Assembly: GCA_012295275.1 (NCBI GenBank)
Contig: CM022677.1
Span: 13,144,001-13,208,000, forward strand
Reading direction: 5' to 3'
DNA from: Chrysomallon squamiferum
Taxonomy: Eukaryota > Animalia > Mollusca
DNA length: 64,000 nt
The notes below the pieces were generated by a model, which worked only from the letters and a program-made list of their open reading frames with translations, did no database searches and was not told the DNA's origin. Below, one piece after another: positions 39,297-55,022 of the stretch (position 1 is the first letter of the stretch; each line of letters starts with the position of its first letter). The position numbers and the translations under genes were made by a program.

Positions 39297-42200
39297 ATAA
39301 AGTAAGATACAGAGGAAAAAACACTCCTCAAGAAGAAATGAAAAATATACAGTGTTTGGATGTGGATGAGCCTTCAGAAAGAAAGAACAGAAACAATTCA
39401 GGAAGAATCTCGATATGGAGTCTAATTAAATGTCAGTTTTAAGTGACACTAGTTATTAATCTTGTATGCAAACTCTGATTAGCATTATTAAGTAAATAAA
39501 TACTGTACAGTAACGTGATATTAGCCAAACTAACGAAAAGTTTTGTCTCATTTTTATTATTATTATTATTATTTTTATTTTTTATTTTATTGTTATTGTT
39601 GTTATTAAAGCTTAAAAAATTCGTATAAAGAATAAACATAATAAAATACTCATAAAACTATGAAACAACAACAACAACAACAAAAAATAAATATAAAAAT
39701 AAAAACAGTTTGGGTCAGTAAACATGGCTGAAATAGACAATTTATACTCCGATCTACCAACCCAGTAAACAGTTTAATAAACAAGACAGAAACTTTAGAA
39801 ACTATTACAAATAAACAGTGGCAATCAAACGTAAATAAAGAGAAAAGTCCACTGAGGTGTTTACGTAATCGATATAGAAGAGTTTTAATAAAAAGCTCAG
39901 TAAAAGAGATTATAAGACATTCCACAGTGAAAAAATTAATCTAGTGTGACGTTGTTAGTCTCTAGGTCAACCAGTCCCTGGCTACCTACATACATTCCGC
40001 AGTATTAGCTCAAAAACAAAATTATAAAAAATTAAAAAAATATACAAAACTTTTATAATATTCAAAAGATAAATCGTTTCGAGTAAAGCATCTGTTAACA
40101 AGATAGACCTTAAGTGAAAACATTTATTTTACAATTACGAAAAAATGTTATAGCAACTACTCACTGGGTGTATTCATTAATGATTCACAGGAAACTTTTC
40201 CATCAACAGCTGAGCAGTATAGACGTATTTTTAAATGTCAGAATATTATGAAATGCTTTGTTGTAAAGCGCTGTGGTGATTTAAGTTTTAATGATGGCTT
40301 CTGCATTATGGACTAAAGACCTAATTACTGAATGTATGGTTGAGGAATGCAGGAACACTGTGTGGATGGATGGGTGTTTGTAAGCATGTATGGAGAGACT
40401 GGTGGATGGAGGAGTAGAGAGATTTCTGATAAATTAATGCATGAAAGGATAGATTGAGACATGAAAATATCGGCTAGACAGAAATCAGATTGATGTAGGA
40501 TGAAACACAAGAGAGACAGAGAGAGACAGACAGAGACAGAGCGAGAGCATGGGCTGTTATAAATCTATAGAAACAAGTCAGAATTCCTGTCTCCCTCTCA
40601 CTATTATAATTTGTGCTCGTTAATATCAGTAATTACTCTTTAAAACAAAATAACAAATATTTACATTTTGTAAGGTGTAAATAGTCAACAGAAAATATTT
40701 ACAAAAAAAAAAAAATAGAAAAAAAAAAAGAAAGAAAAGGAATGTAATAACAACGTAAACATTAACACATTTGAATTTAGGTATGATTAAAGTGTTTTAC
40801 AATAGTTTCATTTTGCTTTTATTCAGCATAAATATATGTATGATAATTTTTGTTTCATTATCGCAACATTAAATCAATTTTAAAACATCTGGCTGATACT
40901 TTGATGCAGCAGCATATGATTTCCTTGCCATACCGGTTTCTATAAATTTCCATATCTATTTTTTCTATTTTTCTGTCTTTCAATCTCTGTATTCATCCAG
41001 CACTCTAATTGTCTTTCTGACTCTCTGTCTGTCTGTTCGTCTATTCATCTATTCTTCTCTTTCTGTAAATTTGTAAATTTGTCAACACTGTGGGTCTGTT
41101 CATCAGTCTCTCTGTTAAACTTACAGATATTAAAACCTTCTGTCTGTTTGTCCAGCTATCTGTCCATATATAATCAATATAGCTATCTATGTGTTTCTTT
41201 CTATCTATCTCTCTTTCTCTCTCTGAAACTCTCTTTAAACTGTTCAGTATTTGAACATATTTGTCACTCTAATATGTTTCTCTAACTGTCCGAATCCGTT
41301 ATTCTGTTCATTAATCTTTCTCTCGCTATCTGCGTGTTTGTCTGTCTGTTCTCTCTGTGTTTCTGTATGTTAGTCTAACCAGTCAGCCTTATTATAACCA
41401 TCTACAATCCATGTAACCATGTTTTTACTATCTATCTGTCCACCAATCTGTTTATCTATCAACCTGTCTCTTTATCATTCATCATCAATTCATCTGTATA
41501 GTGAATATCTCTCTATCACTTGTTTCTCTCTCTGCCTTTATCACTTCTATGTCTCTCTACTGATAAATGTATCATTTCTCTGTCTCTCTACACGAACCAG
41601 TATCCCAAATCACTCTCTGCCTAAATGTCAATTATCTGTCTGTTTCTCTCCACCTATCTCCGTCACTTTCCCCTTTCGCTGTATCTCTGCCACTTGTCTA
41701 CATCACTCTCTACGCCTATATCTCTATCCCATGACTTTCTCTATCTATCTCTTTAGTTATATCTTGATTATGTGTTTCTGTCTCTCTATGTCTGTCCCAT
41801 GACTCAGCCTTCCTACCTATTATCTTCTCTATCAGTTGGCTCTACCTCTCTCTACCTTTACCTAGATCACATCTGTCCCTCTACCTTTCTATCTGCCTCT
41901 CTTCCTGTATCTCTTATAGTGTCTCTTGTCTAACTACATCTGTCTATCCCATGTATCAGCCTTTCTATATTTGTCTGTCTCTACTTATTTCTCGATAACT
42001 TGTCTCTACTAAATTTAAGATATTTTTCAATGCCAAAACTATTGATTTCACCACCAAATATGGGGCCAAATTTACCCCATCCATAGGGGCCAGTATTGCC
42101 CCAAGTGGTGGAGTAAAATAAAACGCATATTTCTTGCCTAATTATCACATATTAATCAAGTTTCTTCTGCTGAACTTAATAACTGATTATCTGTTTACCT

Positions 42201-42849
42201 GTTATAACTTATCACTTATGTTTTGAAATCTCATAATGGAGTATAGCGGCTGCAAGTCATAATATACCTCGGGTGCCAGAATCACCCCAACTTATTCTAC
42301 TAGTTTTTAATAAAATAATGTTAGTGAATTTAGTAAATTCAGTAAATGATCTATATTCAGGCGACTTGAATTCTCTTTTTCTTTTTTAATTTTTTTAAAT
42401 TTTACTCAACACTCAGTCTTTTTTGTATTTTTACCAACGTGCGTGGTAAATAGAGTTATTTCTCTTAGACCACGAACTTATGAAATAGATTACTCCTCGC
42501 ATATACGAGGTGACGGTAAATTAGATTTGTTGCTTTTAGATGAAAATAACCAATTCTGTATAATGTTTTGTAGCAGACAGAACCAGGTTATTAAAATTCC
42601 CTGCATTTTCTTTGTCTTTTAACAAACCAGTTTCCTGTATATTTTGTTTATTTAACATGATATTATTTTTTTAATGAATTATTGTAAAGTTGCTATTTCA
42701 TTTATTGTTTTTCATTTAATTTTATTTATTTATTTAATTTTTTTATTTCAGTTGAAAAAGTAGTTAGGAAAGGCGCTGGTTTATTCTTTATCAGTGTAAA
42801 TCATAAAAAGTTCAGAAAGTAGACGTAAAATAATTGAATTTTGAAGTTT

Positions 42850-42925
42850 AAAAACTTCCGAAAACTCACGGAAACTTCCGATCAAAATCCAATATGGCTG
42901 CATCGGACGCCGATCAGTGTTCACA
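42850..42925. promoter_or_regulatory. Possible housekeeping-type promoter relic (2x ACTTCCG plus YY1-like AATATGGC)
   Basis: AAAACTTCCGAAAACTCACGGAAACTTCCGATCAAAATCCAATATGGCTGCATCGGACGCCG; no linked gene identified. Confidence 0.3.
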
Positions 42926-43328
42926 AACTTTTAAAGCTGTTGTCCTTTATAATGCAATAATTCTACATGAATCATTAAAAGTAATTTGGAGAAGTATGTC
43001 CATATAACCAATGCCTCTTATACATAGATGGCTAATACTGTAGAGTAATTGCTGAAAAGGTGGTAACATTTCTTTATTGATTCTTTTGTTCTCTTTTTTT
43101 CTCTCTTTTTTTGTTTTGTAACGTTGACGTATAATACTATCTCGTAGCCATTTCGTACTATTTTTTTTTTCACATATTATTACGATATCGCCAGGCCAAA
43201 AAATAAAAAATAATAATACAAAAAATTTAAAAAATAAGTAAATTAATGAAAATAAATTAAATAATTGAAATAAAATAAAATAAAATGACGCTGGTTGGAG
43301 AGATGGATTTATCCATATAGATATACAC

Positions 43329-43377
<49 letters not shown>

Positions 43378-45962
43378 CATACTCACGTGTATAGGAATAA
43401 TAATGTATTTTTATGTTTAGAAGATGATTAGTATGCATATATATATAAAAGGATAAGTAACTGTGTGTTTGTGTGTGTATGTGTGTGTAAAAAAGGTGGA
43501 TAGATGGTAGATGATAACAGACAGGTAAATTGATAGACAGAAGAAAGGTAGACAGATTATAGAAAGACAGATAGATGTAAGGAGCCATGAATTTATACTG
43601 CACAACTGTAAGAACGACTGACTCTGTTGCTTATGTATATGGCATAAATAGATAGACAAATAGATATATTTATAGATAGATAAATAGATAGAAAAAATGT
43701 ATTTAAATATATAAAAAGGATGTAAATAGAGAGTGTGTATATGTACGTGTGTCTGTGTGTGTTTGTTCAATATATACTTGTGCTATGTATAACTGAGAAG
43801 GTGAGATAGACTGATACAGGGATAGTCAGACATCGTTTCAGAGATAGATTGACATGTTAGGTAGACAATAATTATATATATATATATATATATATACATA
43901 CAGCTAACAGATAAACTGATGTGTATGTGTGTGTATAAATATAAATGTGTTAGAGAGAATGGGTATATAAATGCGTGTCAAAGATAGTGTGCTTTTTTGT
44001 GGATTTTTGACAGAGTCAGATGATTGATAGAGAGATAATAGATTAAATACATGAGTGGGTAGATTTATGTGTATATATATATATGTGTGTTAGAGAGGGT
44101 AGATATACATGGATGGGTGGACACACACACAAACACATACCCAGTATAAACTATATATATACAAACAACATAAATAGATACACAGATACATAGGTTCATA
44201 ATCATGAGTATGTGTATTTATGTTAGAGGATTGGTATATAACTCAGTGTGTGAATAACTTTATGTTTATGTGTGTATTGGATTATGAATAGATAGTGAGA
44301 TATGTAGGTGTTATTTCATGTGTTTCTGTGTTACAGAGAGAACAGGTATTGACCTGTGTATGAAACAGAGAAGTATGCCATGCGTGTATGATTTTTCAGA
44401 GAATGAGACATAGTTATATAAATCATTTGATTTCTTCATTAAAGACTGTTTCTAATAACTATGTTAGAAATAGTCAGAGAAATTGATGATGAAATAAAAC
44501 AAATTATATTCATAGGGAGATAGATAGATAGAAACATGGAATAAAGTAAGGATGGATGATGTATTAGATGGACGGATGGATGGATGCAAAGAAGAACTGG
44601 GAAAGTAATAAATGGAAAATAGGAGGGAGTTATGGTTTTCAATTATTTAAGCAATTACTTTTCAGACATTGTCACATTCTTAACCAATAAGGTCCTCATT
44701 GTAGGTCCATGGATTGAGTGATATATCGATCGAAGTTGGCTTAATCTATAAACTGTGTGATGACAAATATATGGAGTTAGGAGGGAGGCATGACTGGAAG
44801 TACCAATAAATCGTTAATGAGAGACTAGTGATTTCTGGTATTGTTTATGAAGAGAACATTCATCTGAAAATCTAGTCTCTGTCTGTCTACACAGAAAGCA
44901 TAGTCATCTATTGATAATAATGACTGGAGGTACCAATAAATCGTTATTGTTTATGAAGAGAACCTTAATCTGGAAATCTAGTCTCTGTCTACACTGAAAG
45001 CATAGTCGTCATCTATCGGTACGAAGTAAATATGATAAGATACAAAGATGTCTGTAACTGTTTGTGTTAAAGAGCACATTAATCACAGAACCTGTAATAC
45101 TTAATTATCAATTAATATCTGGTAAAATTAAATAATCCATCTAATTAGAGTAATCTGAGATTGACAGAGAGTAAGAAAGCCAGAGGGAGATATTTATATG
45201 TCATAACTTATTCTTAAGTACATACACTTCTGTCTATGCTCTGTTGGCCTGTCTGTCTATCTGTATATAGAAAGGGCTTTCAAATTAGTGGCACTGTATT
45301 CGAAATTAGAAAAAGTAGCAGTACCCTGTGTATCCATCTGTTCACTTATCTTCAGTAACTGTCTCTGTCTGTCTGTACGTATATCTATTTATCTATTATA
45401 ATTTATCTATCTGTCTGTTTAACCAATTAAATGTTATTATATTAATGTACTAATCAGCCATTCCCTTTGGAAATGTTGCCACACATACACCACGGTGAGG
45501 TTTAGTACACATAGGGGGTGTTAGTAATGGTTAGTATTTGGTTAATGGTTAGTATTTGTGTTAATTGTAAAATGATATCTGTGTATATGTGTGTGTGTTG
45601 ATGTTTTAGTGTGTGTATGTGTGTTTGTGTGTGTGTGTGAGTTTATATACGTATTCAGATTTGTATGTGGTTAATTATTACTAATTGTAACTAATTGGTT
45701 AAGGATAAATAGTGTGTTTGTATGTGTGAGTGCATATGTGTAGAAGTGTAGGTATGTGTGAGTTCTGTCTGTATGGATGTATATATATATATATGTCTGT
45801 ATGAAATGTCTGTGTCTATATATAAAGTTTACTACCTAGTTAATGGTTAGTTTTAGTTGATGGTTAGTCTCTTTCTGTCTGTCTGTCTGTGTGTGTCTCT
45901 CTATCTCCCTGTCTCCCTGACTCTCTCTGCCTCTCTTTGGACCTCTACGTCTAATCTCTCTC

Positions 45963-46066
<104 letters not shown>

Positions 46067-47642
46067 CCTCTCTCTGTATCTCTGTCTCTCTTTGTCGCTC
46101 TCTATCTCTTTATCTGTCCATATCTCTGTTTCTCTCCGTTTCTCTCTTTCTCTCTCTGACTTTCTCGGTCTCTTTCTGTCTTTCTGTCTGACTCTCTCCT
46201 TGTCTTTATCTTTCTTTCTATCTGTCTCTGTCTCTCTCTGTCCCTGTTTATGTTTCTCTCTCTGTTTGTCTGTTTTTCTGTCTAAATCTCTCTCTAACTC
46301 GCTTTCTTCTCCCAACACAAAATTAACAATTTTACCTAAAGCAAAGTTAACCAACAGCAAAAGTAACAGTAACAATAATAAAAATAATTATTATTATGTA
46401 CTACACTAACAATAATAATAATGTTAGCAATAATATCAACAATAAAAATAAAAACAAACAAAAATAAAAGATAGATGAAACACACAGACACACGGACACA
46501 CTCACACAGAAACTTAAACTTTTCAACAGTTGTTCGATTCCACGCTCTAGAAATCATTATATTTGTTAAATTTAAATAACGCGTCAGTATGAAAAGACTG
46601 AATAACAGTATTTATATGTATTTGAAATTTTTATACTACAGTTTTACAGTGAAATTTTTATGAAAACATACGAGCTTACAGTCGTAGTGAAACAGAAATC
46701 TATCTTTCTCTAATCATAATAAATAACATATGGAAATGTTCACTTATGAAAACAGAATTTGGTAATAAATTTAAATTCTTCATCTTATTTTTACTGTGTG
46801 TATAGCATGAATGAATAGCATGAATGAAGAAATATTAAATTTTTAATAAAGAAACATTTTAAATATATGAAACAAATTAAGAATGCACAAATAGAAATAC
46901 TACTGCTATTCTACTACTACTACTACCACCACCACTGCTACTACTACTACTACCACTAATAATAAAAAGAATAATAATAATAATAATAATAAGTCAGTTT
47001 CATAGACTAGGTAGTATAAGGGAAATAACTCTGTTGGCCATTAATAATAGGAATGAATATAACGATAATACATAACAGCATTAACAACAAGAGAAGAAAT
47101 TTTGAAAAATAAAAATACAAATAATAATAATAATATAGTTTCGAATTTAGATTTCTGTTTCATTTAATTCTCTGAGTTAAGTGCTGAAGAAATTATGAAA
47201 TACTTTATATTATATTTGTTTATCGTGTATGGGATATGCTGTTTAATTATTCAGCGAAGATAACAAAAAATAATTGTAATAATAAAATTCACAATAGAAT
47301 AAACAATAGAAGATAGTTTAAGAAATAAAAACGAATAATTGTACTGAATTAAATATTAAGTATAATTCAAATTCGGAACAGTGGGGGTTGAGGTGCGTAC
47401 GCATGCACCCATGCCCTGGTCCCACGCCCTCAGACAGATTGTGAAGAACCAAGTTGAAACTTTAAAGTTTCTTGTCAGCATGTTTATGTTTGTGGGACCC
47501 AATCTCGGCGTACGGCGTTTTTGGAGCTTACTGTTTTTATTCTTTAATAAATAAATTAATTATTTTTGCTGATTTAATTAATTGTGTCTTTATTTATATT
47601 TTTAACTATTTATTTATTTATTTATTTATTTATGTATTTAAG

Positions 47643-48481
47643 ATCTGGCTTTCCCAGCTCATGTGACATGGTACAAAGGTGACTGGGATCATCTCAGAAA
47701 GCTGCTAGAAAATGGAGTGTTCAACATCAGTGGACGAGATGACCCAGGGTCAACACAAAGGTCAGATAGTTATTTATTATGCAGATTTATTATAGATATG
47801 TACACCTGTTTAATATACAGATTTGTTATTATTATTATTACAATTATGTACACCTGTTTAATTTATAAACTCCTTATTATTACATATATGTATACATGTT
47901 TAATATATAGACTGTTATTATTACTAGAGAAATGTAAAAATAGCTGTTACACAGGTACACAAACAAGCAGAAAGAGACACATACTCACACTCAGGAACAG
48001 CATGTTTTGTTTATCTTTTGAACAGTTTGAAATTAATAAGATCCTCAATGATTTCATTTCACTCATTTAAAGATCATTTATTTTATTATGATGATTTGTT
48101 ACTTTAATAGTGAAGCTTATGCCTGCATCTTACTCTCAAGTTACTATATGACTGTATAATACAACTACTATGTGTACTACAGTTTATTGTTTTCCTAAAC
48201 TGTAGAGTTAATATTCCCAGACTTTTGATTTCCTGAGCACTGTTTCCTCCTATTAGTCTGTGAAATCAAGTGTCAGCAATGTATATATTATTATTATTAT
48301 TATTATTATTAGCAGTATAAGGAGTCTGTTTATCATGCCTATAGTGATTCTATAAATATTTGCAATATGTTAGTTTTATCTAGTATGTTTTTTCTTGTTC
48401 TTTTATGTTTCAGAATGAAAAACAGAAATAGTTGAAGATGAAGAGGATGACAGTGATGATGATGATGATGATGTGCCAAAG
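47643..48481 (+). pseudogene. ANKRD42-like ankyrin-repeat gene fragment (2 exons)
   Basis: Exon 47643-47760 reads DLAFPAHVTWYKGDWDHLRKLLENGVFNISGRDDPGSTQ, close to the ANKRD42 repeat as I recall it ([41 protein letters not shown]). The acidic exon 48414-48481 has an in-frame TGA. Confidence 0.65.
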
Positions 48482-51400
48482 GTAAAAACTGATTATTTAC
48501 TGTAATTTCCCTTCATCTGAATGGGAAAGTTACACATTTTATATTAGATTTTTTAAAAATAATTTTGAGTTTTAAATAATAATTAAATGCAATATTTAGT
48601 AGATTTAGACTTTTTGTATTTTCTCTTTAATAGCATAATTTAAGCCTTTATGTCAGGATTATTTGAAATATCCACTTGTTTGTGTTTCTTCATGTAACAT
48701 CAGTGTGTTTGTTTCAGTACAATTCTAGAGTTGCAGTCTCAGCTCGATTTCAAGAAATAAGTTCATGAATGAATGAATGAATGAATGGGTAAGTGAATGA
48801 ATGAATGAGTGAGTGAGTGAGTGAGTAAATTAGTGATTGAATGGTTTTGGAATACATTTTGCATAATTATTATAATTTGGATATTTCATTTTTAATTAAC
48901 CATTATAATAATCATTTTAAAGAAAAGAATAATTTAAAAGCAGTTAAAGAAATAGTCAAATTAATGTACATAATAGAAAAAAAAGAAAAGTCCTCCTGTC
49001 TGTACCTGTCAATCCATTTATCCATTAACTGACACACCCACCTATCCGTCTGTCTGTCTGTATATCCATACAACCATCCAGCCAGCAATCACCTCTCATC
49101 TATCAATCTTTCTGTATAAATATCTGAATCTTTCTTTCTTTCTGTAATGTAGATAATTTATATAAAAGTATATAATACAGATTGCATGTAATTTGAAAAT
49201 ATATAACATAGATAGTATATAATTTGTTTTACTATTTTAATTATGAAGTTTTTTCTTTCATTTTGTTAACCAAAATTCATTTAGAATTTTAGATTGTATT
49301 TGATCTTTTTTCCTTCTTCCTCTTAATATTATTTTTTAGCATCTGTAACATTCATATGTTTCAAAGTTGAACTAGAAAGAAAATAGTAAAAATTTATATA
49401 TTCTGTTTTAGTATTTTTCGCAGAAAATATTTATTTATTTATTTATTTATTTATTTATTTCTGGGATACTTAAAGACTAGCTGTAAAAAATATTTTATCT
49501 GGTTTCACTCATTACTTATTTTCAGAGACTAATATGCTTTACACGGAGCTGGTAAACAGAGTAAACTGTGTTATTATCATAAACAGACGCGTTCGCTCTA
49601 TACCGCAGTTAGTACTGTCCGACTTACTGACCCTTTTGCTATTTTATGCAAGGTCAAAGGTCACTTTTTGAAAATTGGTGGTTACGTCTTGTTTGCATTA
49701 AGAGTAGAACTAATGTCGAACTATTTGCTATGCTGTTTATTGTTCGAATGGTTTATAATCAGTTATTACTACCAATATCCTCTACCTACTACTACTGATA
49801 AACAGATCAGGCTATAAATTATAACTACTATATAGTAACTACTGCTACAATAACTATGTACTATGTACTCTACTATACATTACAATAACTATTATTACCA
49901 TGTAACTACTGCAACTAGAAGGATGACGACTGCTACTGATTTGTCACGTGCTATGTACACAGCTCTATGGTATAAATAGTCTTTACAATATGACGTTTCT
50001 TCTAGTTAATAATGTAGTAAAATATGTAACACTGGAGAAAAAGGGAGATTACTCCAATTGTAATCTTTGTTTACCAAGAAGGAAATCAAAAGAAATTATA
50101 TAAAATAAATTAATTAATTAATTAAAAAAATAAAACTTAAACAGTTGAAACAAAATTTGAATGAATAAATAAAAAGTTGAAAATAAACAGAGAGAAAGTT
50201 TTAAAACATTGTTCTTGAAATAATAATAAGAAAATGCTCAAACTTGAATATTTTATTTCTTGTTTTAAAAGTAGCTTAATTCCAGGAAAATATATAATTT
50301 TCAGTTTGTGTTGATGTAAGTTTAAAATAGGTATTATTATATTATTGAACTAGTGAACCAAACAATGAAGACTTTTCTTTTTTAGACTAGTATTTCCATA
50401 TTCCTTTTATTTGTATTAGTTTATTTTTCATATTTATTTATTTATTTATATTTAAATATAAACAAAGAAAACTGCACGTCGTTGATAGTAAATTATGAAA
50501 ACACATTTTAAGACAGACAAAAAAAAAATTGTTTAAAAATTGTTATTTGAACAACAAAAAAAAAAAAATAATAAATTAAAAAAAAAAAAGATCAGTCTTT
50601 AATAAAGGTTGCTCTGTTATGACTTAACACCCTGGACGTTTATCAGGTACAAGCCACCCCCCCCCAACAAAAATAAATAAATAAATAAGTAAAAGGGCAA
50701 AACTGAAGTCATGACTTAATGGCGTAATGTTTTGTTTTCAACAAAAAACGTTTAGAATAAATTGATACACCTTTGTCAGTTCTTAGTCAATTACTGTTGA
50801 TATATATTCTTACTGTATCCTATAGTTGTTATACTTCGTTAATAATTAAAACAGGACTATACTGCTATTACCACTATACTAATAATAATGTAGGAGATTT
50901 AACAAGTAATTTATTCTGACAAAGTGCTCTTTTATTCCAGTATTTACAATTATTTATTTATTTATTTATTGTCTATTTTAAACGAATAGAGGTAAAACAT
51001 TTGTAAATGACTTTAATAGTGTAGGACATTGAAAGACGTTCATTGTAAGCAGCTGTTATTTGTATCCTCGCTAACAACAAAACGTGTGACTTGATCAGGA
51101 TGTGTACATTTATAACGAGACTAAGATGTATACAATTTCAGAATCTAAGCTGTTCATAGAATCTCAGCCGTGTGGATAGAGAAAGAACCGAGTAATCTGT
51201 TTAAAGTGTGCTACGTAATTGTATGTAGACATACCTGTAGTTTCAGGGTCTGTCATATTGGTTTACCATGAAGAAATAACGTATTTATATAATAATAAGT
51301 AATGCAAATACATTTTAATTAATTAAATCCACAAACCATCAAGCACACAAATAGACAAATGAAACTAATTAAATTACTTAATAAAAGTTAATAAAGTAAT

Positions 51401-51607
51401 AGGAATCTTGTATTAGAATATTCACTGTGATAAATCTGGTTTTAAATACACATTCATAAGTATCTGAAATAGAACTAATCTGAAACATGAATTAGATGTT
51501 TCAGTACGTAACGAGTGAAAACCCTTTGTTTTGTAAAGCGCCGCACTTTTTACTGTTTCAGTTCCTTCGTCAGAGATCGCGACTGTCACAGGCGTGCTTC
51601 ACAGCGG

Positions 51608-52040
51608 CTCGCTCTGATTAATTCGTTCATTGTTCACTCGCTCTGATTAGTTCGTTCATTGTTCACTCGCTCTGATTAGTTCGTTCATTGTTCACTCGCT
51701 CTGATTAGTTCGTTCATTGTTCACTCGCTCTGATTAGTTCGTTCATTGTTCACTCGCTCTGATTAGTTGGTTCATTGTTCACTTGCTCTGATTAGTTCGT
51801 TCATTGTTCACTTGCTCTGATTAGTTCGTTCATTGTTCACTTGCTCTGGTTAGTTCGTTCATTGTTCACTTGCTCTGCTTAGTTCGTTCATTGTTCACTC
51901 GCTCTGATTAGTTCGTTCATTGTTCACTTGCACTGGTTAGTTCGTTCATTGTTCACTCGCTCTGATTAGTTCGTTCATTGTTCACTCGCTCTGATTAGTT
52001 CGTTCATTGTTCACTCGCTCTGATTAGTTCGTTCATTGTT
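51608..52040. repeat. 29-bp minisatellite, ~15 copies
   Basis: Same unit as 15799-15972. Confidence 0.95.
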
Positions 52041-52531
52041 GATTTGAATACCAGCACTTATGGGATTACTTTCGCAGTGTTGTTATAAAGTGACATAGGA
52101 CGGCAAAGTGTGAAGATTTCTTTTAGCCATTACCAATAAGGTGTGTAGAGAAATAACAGAAGTGATAATTATCAACTTTGTTGACGGGAGCAAGTTTAAA
52201 AATATAAGTAACTGTTAACGTTACAAACTGTGTTTGTAAATAGGCACAAATACAAACATAATAAAACGACGTTAATATCTGTTATCATTACAAACAGTGG
52301 CACTTCTCATTATTCTTCTTCGCTTTTTATTAACTATTATTCTTATTTCTGAGCGTGCGCTTCCTATATTAAAGTGTATTAGTATATTTACATTTTTATT
52401 ATTACTGTTAACGTTAACGACGTTGCTGTCGTACCTGAGTTATCCTTGGCAGCTTCGTGCACTTCTCATTATTCGTTATCGCGTTTTAGTCACTATTATT
52501 ATTGCTTTCTGACAGTGCGCATCCTATAGTA

Positions 52532-52593
<62 letters not shown>

Positions 52594-52995
52594 TGTCTTA
52601 ATTCTCGCAGTCGTTGCCATCGTGCCGCCATTGTTCCTAATGCTGTTGGTGTATTTCTCATTATTTTTAGCGCTTTTTATTAACCATTATTCCTACTTTC
52701 ATTGTGTGCAACCCTATTTCACTACATACTGTTCCGCTGCGCTTTCTATTAATTGTTAGTCTCACTTTCAGTGTGCACACCCTGTATTAAAACATATTAT
52801 TAGTATTTGTATTAATGTCGGCGTCGTAGTAGTCATATAGACGTTGTTGCTATATTTTTATTCTTAGTGTTTTATTATTAACGTTTCCTACGTTGCTATC
52901 GTACCTGCGTTGTCCGTGATGCTTGGTGTACTTCTCATTATTCTTTTTCTATAAAATATTTTACTATTATTATTATTATTTTTATTATTATTATT

Positions 52996-53040
<45 letters not shown>

Positions 53041-54793
53041 ACTATTTGAATTAATTCACGCAGTCGTAAGGATATTGTAAGTAACATTGTTTTTGGTGTA
53101 CATCTTATTATTCTTCTTCGCTTTTTATCAATGTTTAAAGTTAACAAACGTCTACTCAGAAAATTAGTTTTATATCAACAAGATAATATATATATATATT
53201 TCTCTATATAAATTAAAAAAAGATATAAAAAGAAAAGAAAAAAGTTTTTCAATCTAATCTAACTGGCAGGAAGATATCATTCTCCAAACTGAACAACAGA
53301 AACTGGTTTGCTTAAAAGAAACCCAGATTTTACTATTCACCAATACACATTCAAATTCAATATCTGCCAAATAAGACGAACAAAAAAAACATACAAGTTC
53401 TCTTTCGTATTGCCACCAGCGATTTTACAACACAATATGCAACCTTTTCATGTCGATTTTCATGGCAATAAAATGTTGTATTGCTTATTTTCATAGCTGT
53501 TTATAAAACCTTTCACAGATTTTCTGTTGCTTTGCCTTGGCTCAGTTGCAGACAAACAAGTAAAGATCCATAGAATTGTATAAGATCAATAGTGTTATAC
53601 ATAATCTTTTTTGAAAATAAGGAATGTATAGGCTTTCTAATATGTTGGAGAAGAGAGAGAGACACACACACACATACATACATACACACACATACATACA
53701 TACACACACACACACACATATATATAACACAAACATATGACACTGGAATTCAGTAAAAAACCTGAATACACATCACTGACACAACATGACTTCTCAAACA
53801 CTGTCTGACATTCTCTGACAAAACTTGCGAAGAGAAAATAAAAATATTCATTTACATATCACCTGCATGCACATATACACAACACTTGTTCATGACACAC
53901 TCACACACACATACACAAGCCACACATAAACACAGAGAAAACATACACATTCATACAAAATCACAGAACTGCACAACAATACACAAACACAGATACGCGG
54001 CACATGATCAAATACAACACATACACAGTCAGATACAACACACACAGAGTAACATGACACACAATCAAATACAACACGTACACAGAAACACATGATCACC
54101 ATTATCTGTTTTTCCCTGTGGCAGCTGTTATGTAAAATGTATTTGGTTGAAATAATACTTCAATCATGGGTTTTCTTCAATCCGTTTTCATTAGAATATG
54201 TTTTACATTGATTATAGATAGACAGTAACTTTAATATTAAAATGTACAAACACATTTGCAAACATACGACCCACACACACACACCCACACACACCCAAAC
54301 ACACATCGAAAAAGAACATAATCTCGAGTAATTTCAAACTGCTATAGCAGGATTATAACTTTTGCAACAACCTTTCTATAAACATGAAATAATTTAATCA
54401 TATATTACTAATTCTAGAAAGGGAGTTGTAATTACTAAAACTGATTCTGAACTATTGATGTCTTGCATATACAAATAATAAAAGCAGCAACAATATATTT
54501 CCAAAACGTATTTATCTAAAAATTTACATTTTTATATATATGTATATAAATGTAAAATTGTAATTATATACGCACATTATAAAAATAAATTTTTAATATT
54601 CATTATTGCCTATAAATTATTAAAGTGTCTTAGGATAAACAAAAAGCTATAAAGGTACTACTTTGACAATCAGATTTCCAAAAATGAGATTAGTTAAAAG
54701 AAAATGATTTTCTAACTAATCAATAACAAATAAACGCCTATAAACACTTAAACAACAACACATATATTACCATACTCTCTTTCTGAATATTTT

Positions 54794-55022
54794 CTGCTTC
54801 CAGTCTGAACAGTGACAGCGAGATACACAAACTCTGCTTTCTTCCAGTCTGAACAGTGAGAGTGAGATACACAAAGTCTGCTTTCTTCCAGTCTAAACAG
54901 CGAGTGAGATACACAAACTCTGCTTTCTTCAAGTCTGAACAGTGACAGTGAGATACACAAACTCTGCTTTCTTCCAGTCTGAACAGTGACAGTGAGATAC
55001 ACAAACTCTGCTTTCTTCCAGC
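54794..55022. repeat. 44-bp minisatellite, ~5 copies
   Basis: Same unit as 19990-20238. Confidence 0.92.

Noticed and set aside
39038-39331. ORFs spanning poly-X
   Set aside because: Artefacts of the N gap.
44788-45010. Local ~110-bp direct duplication (ATGACTGGA.GTACCAATAAATCGTTA...)
   Set aside because: A real but small duplication with no coding or structural signal; not informative.
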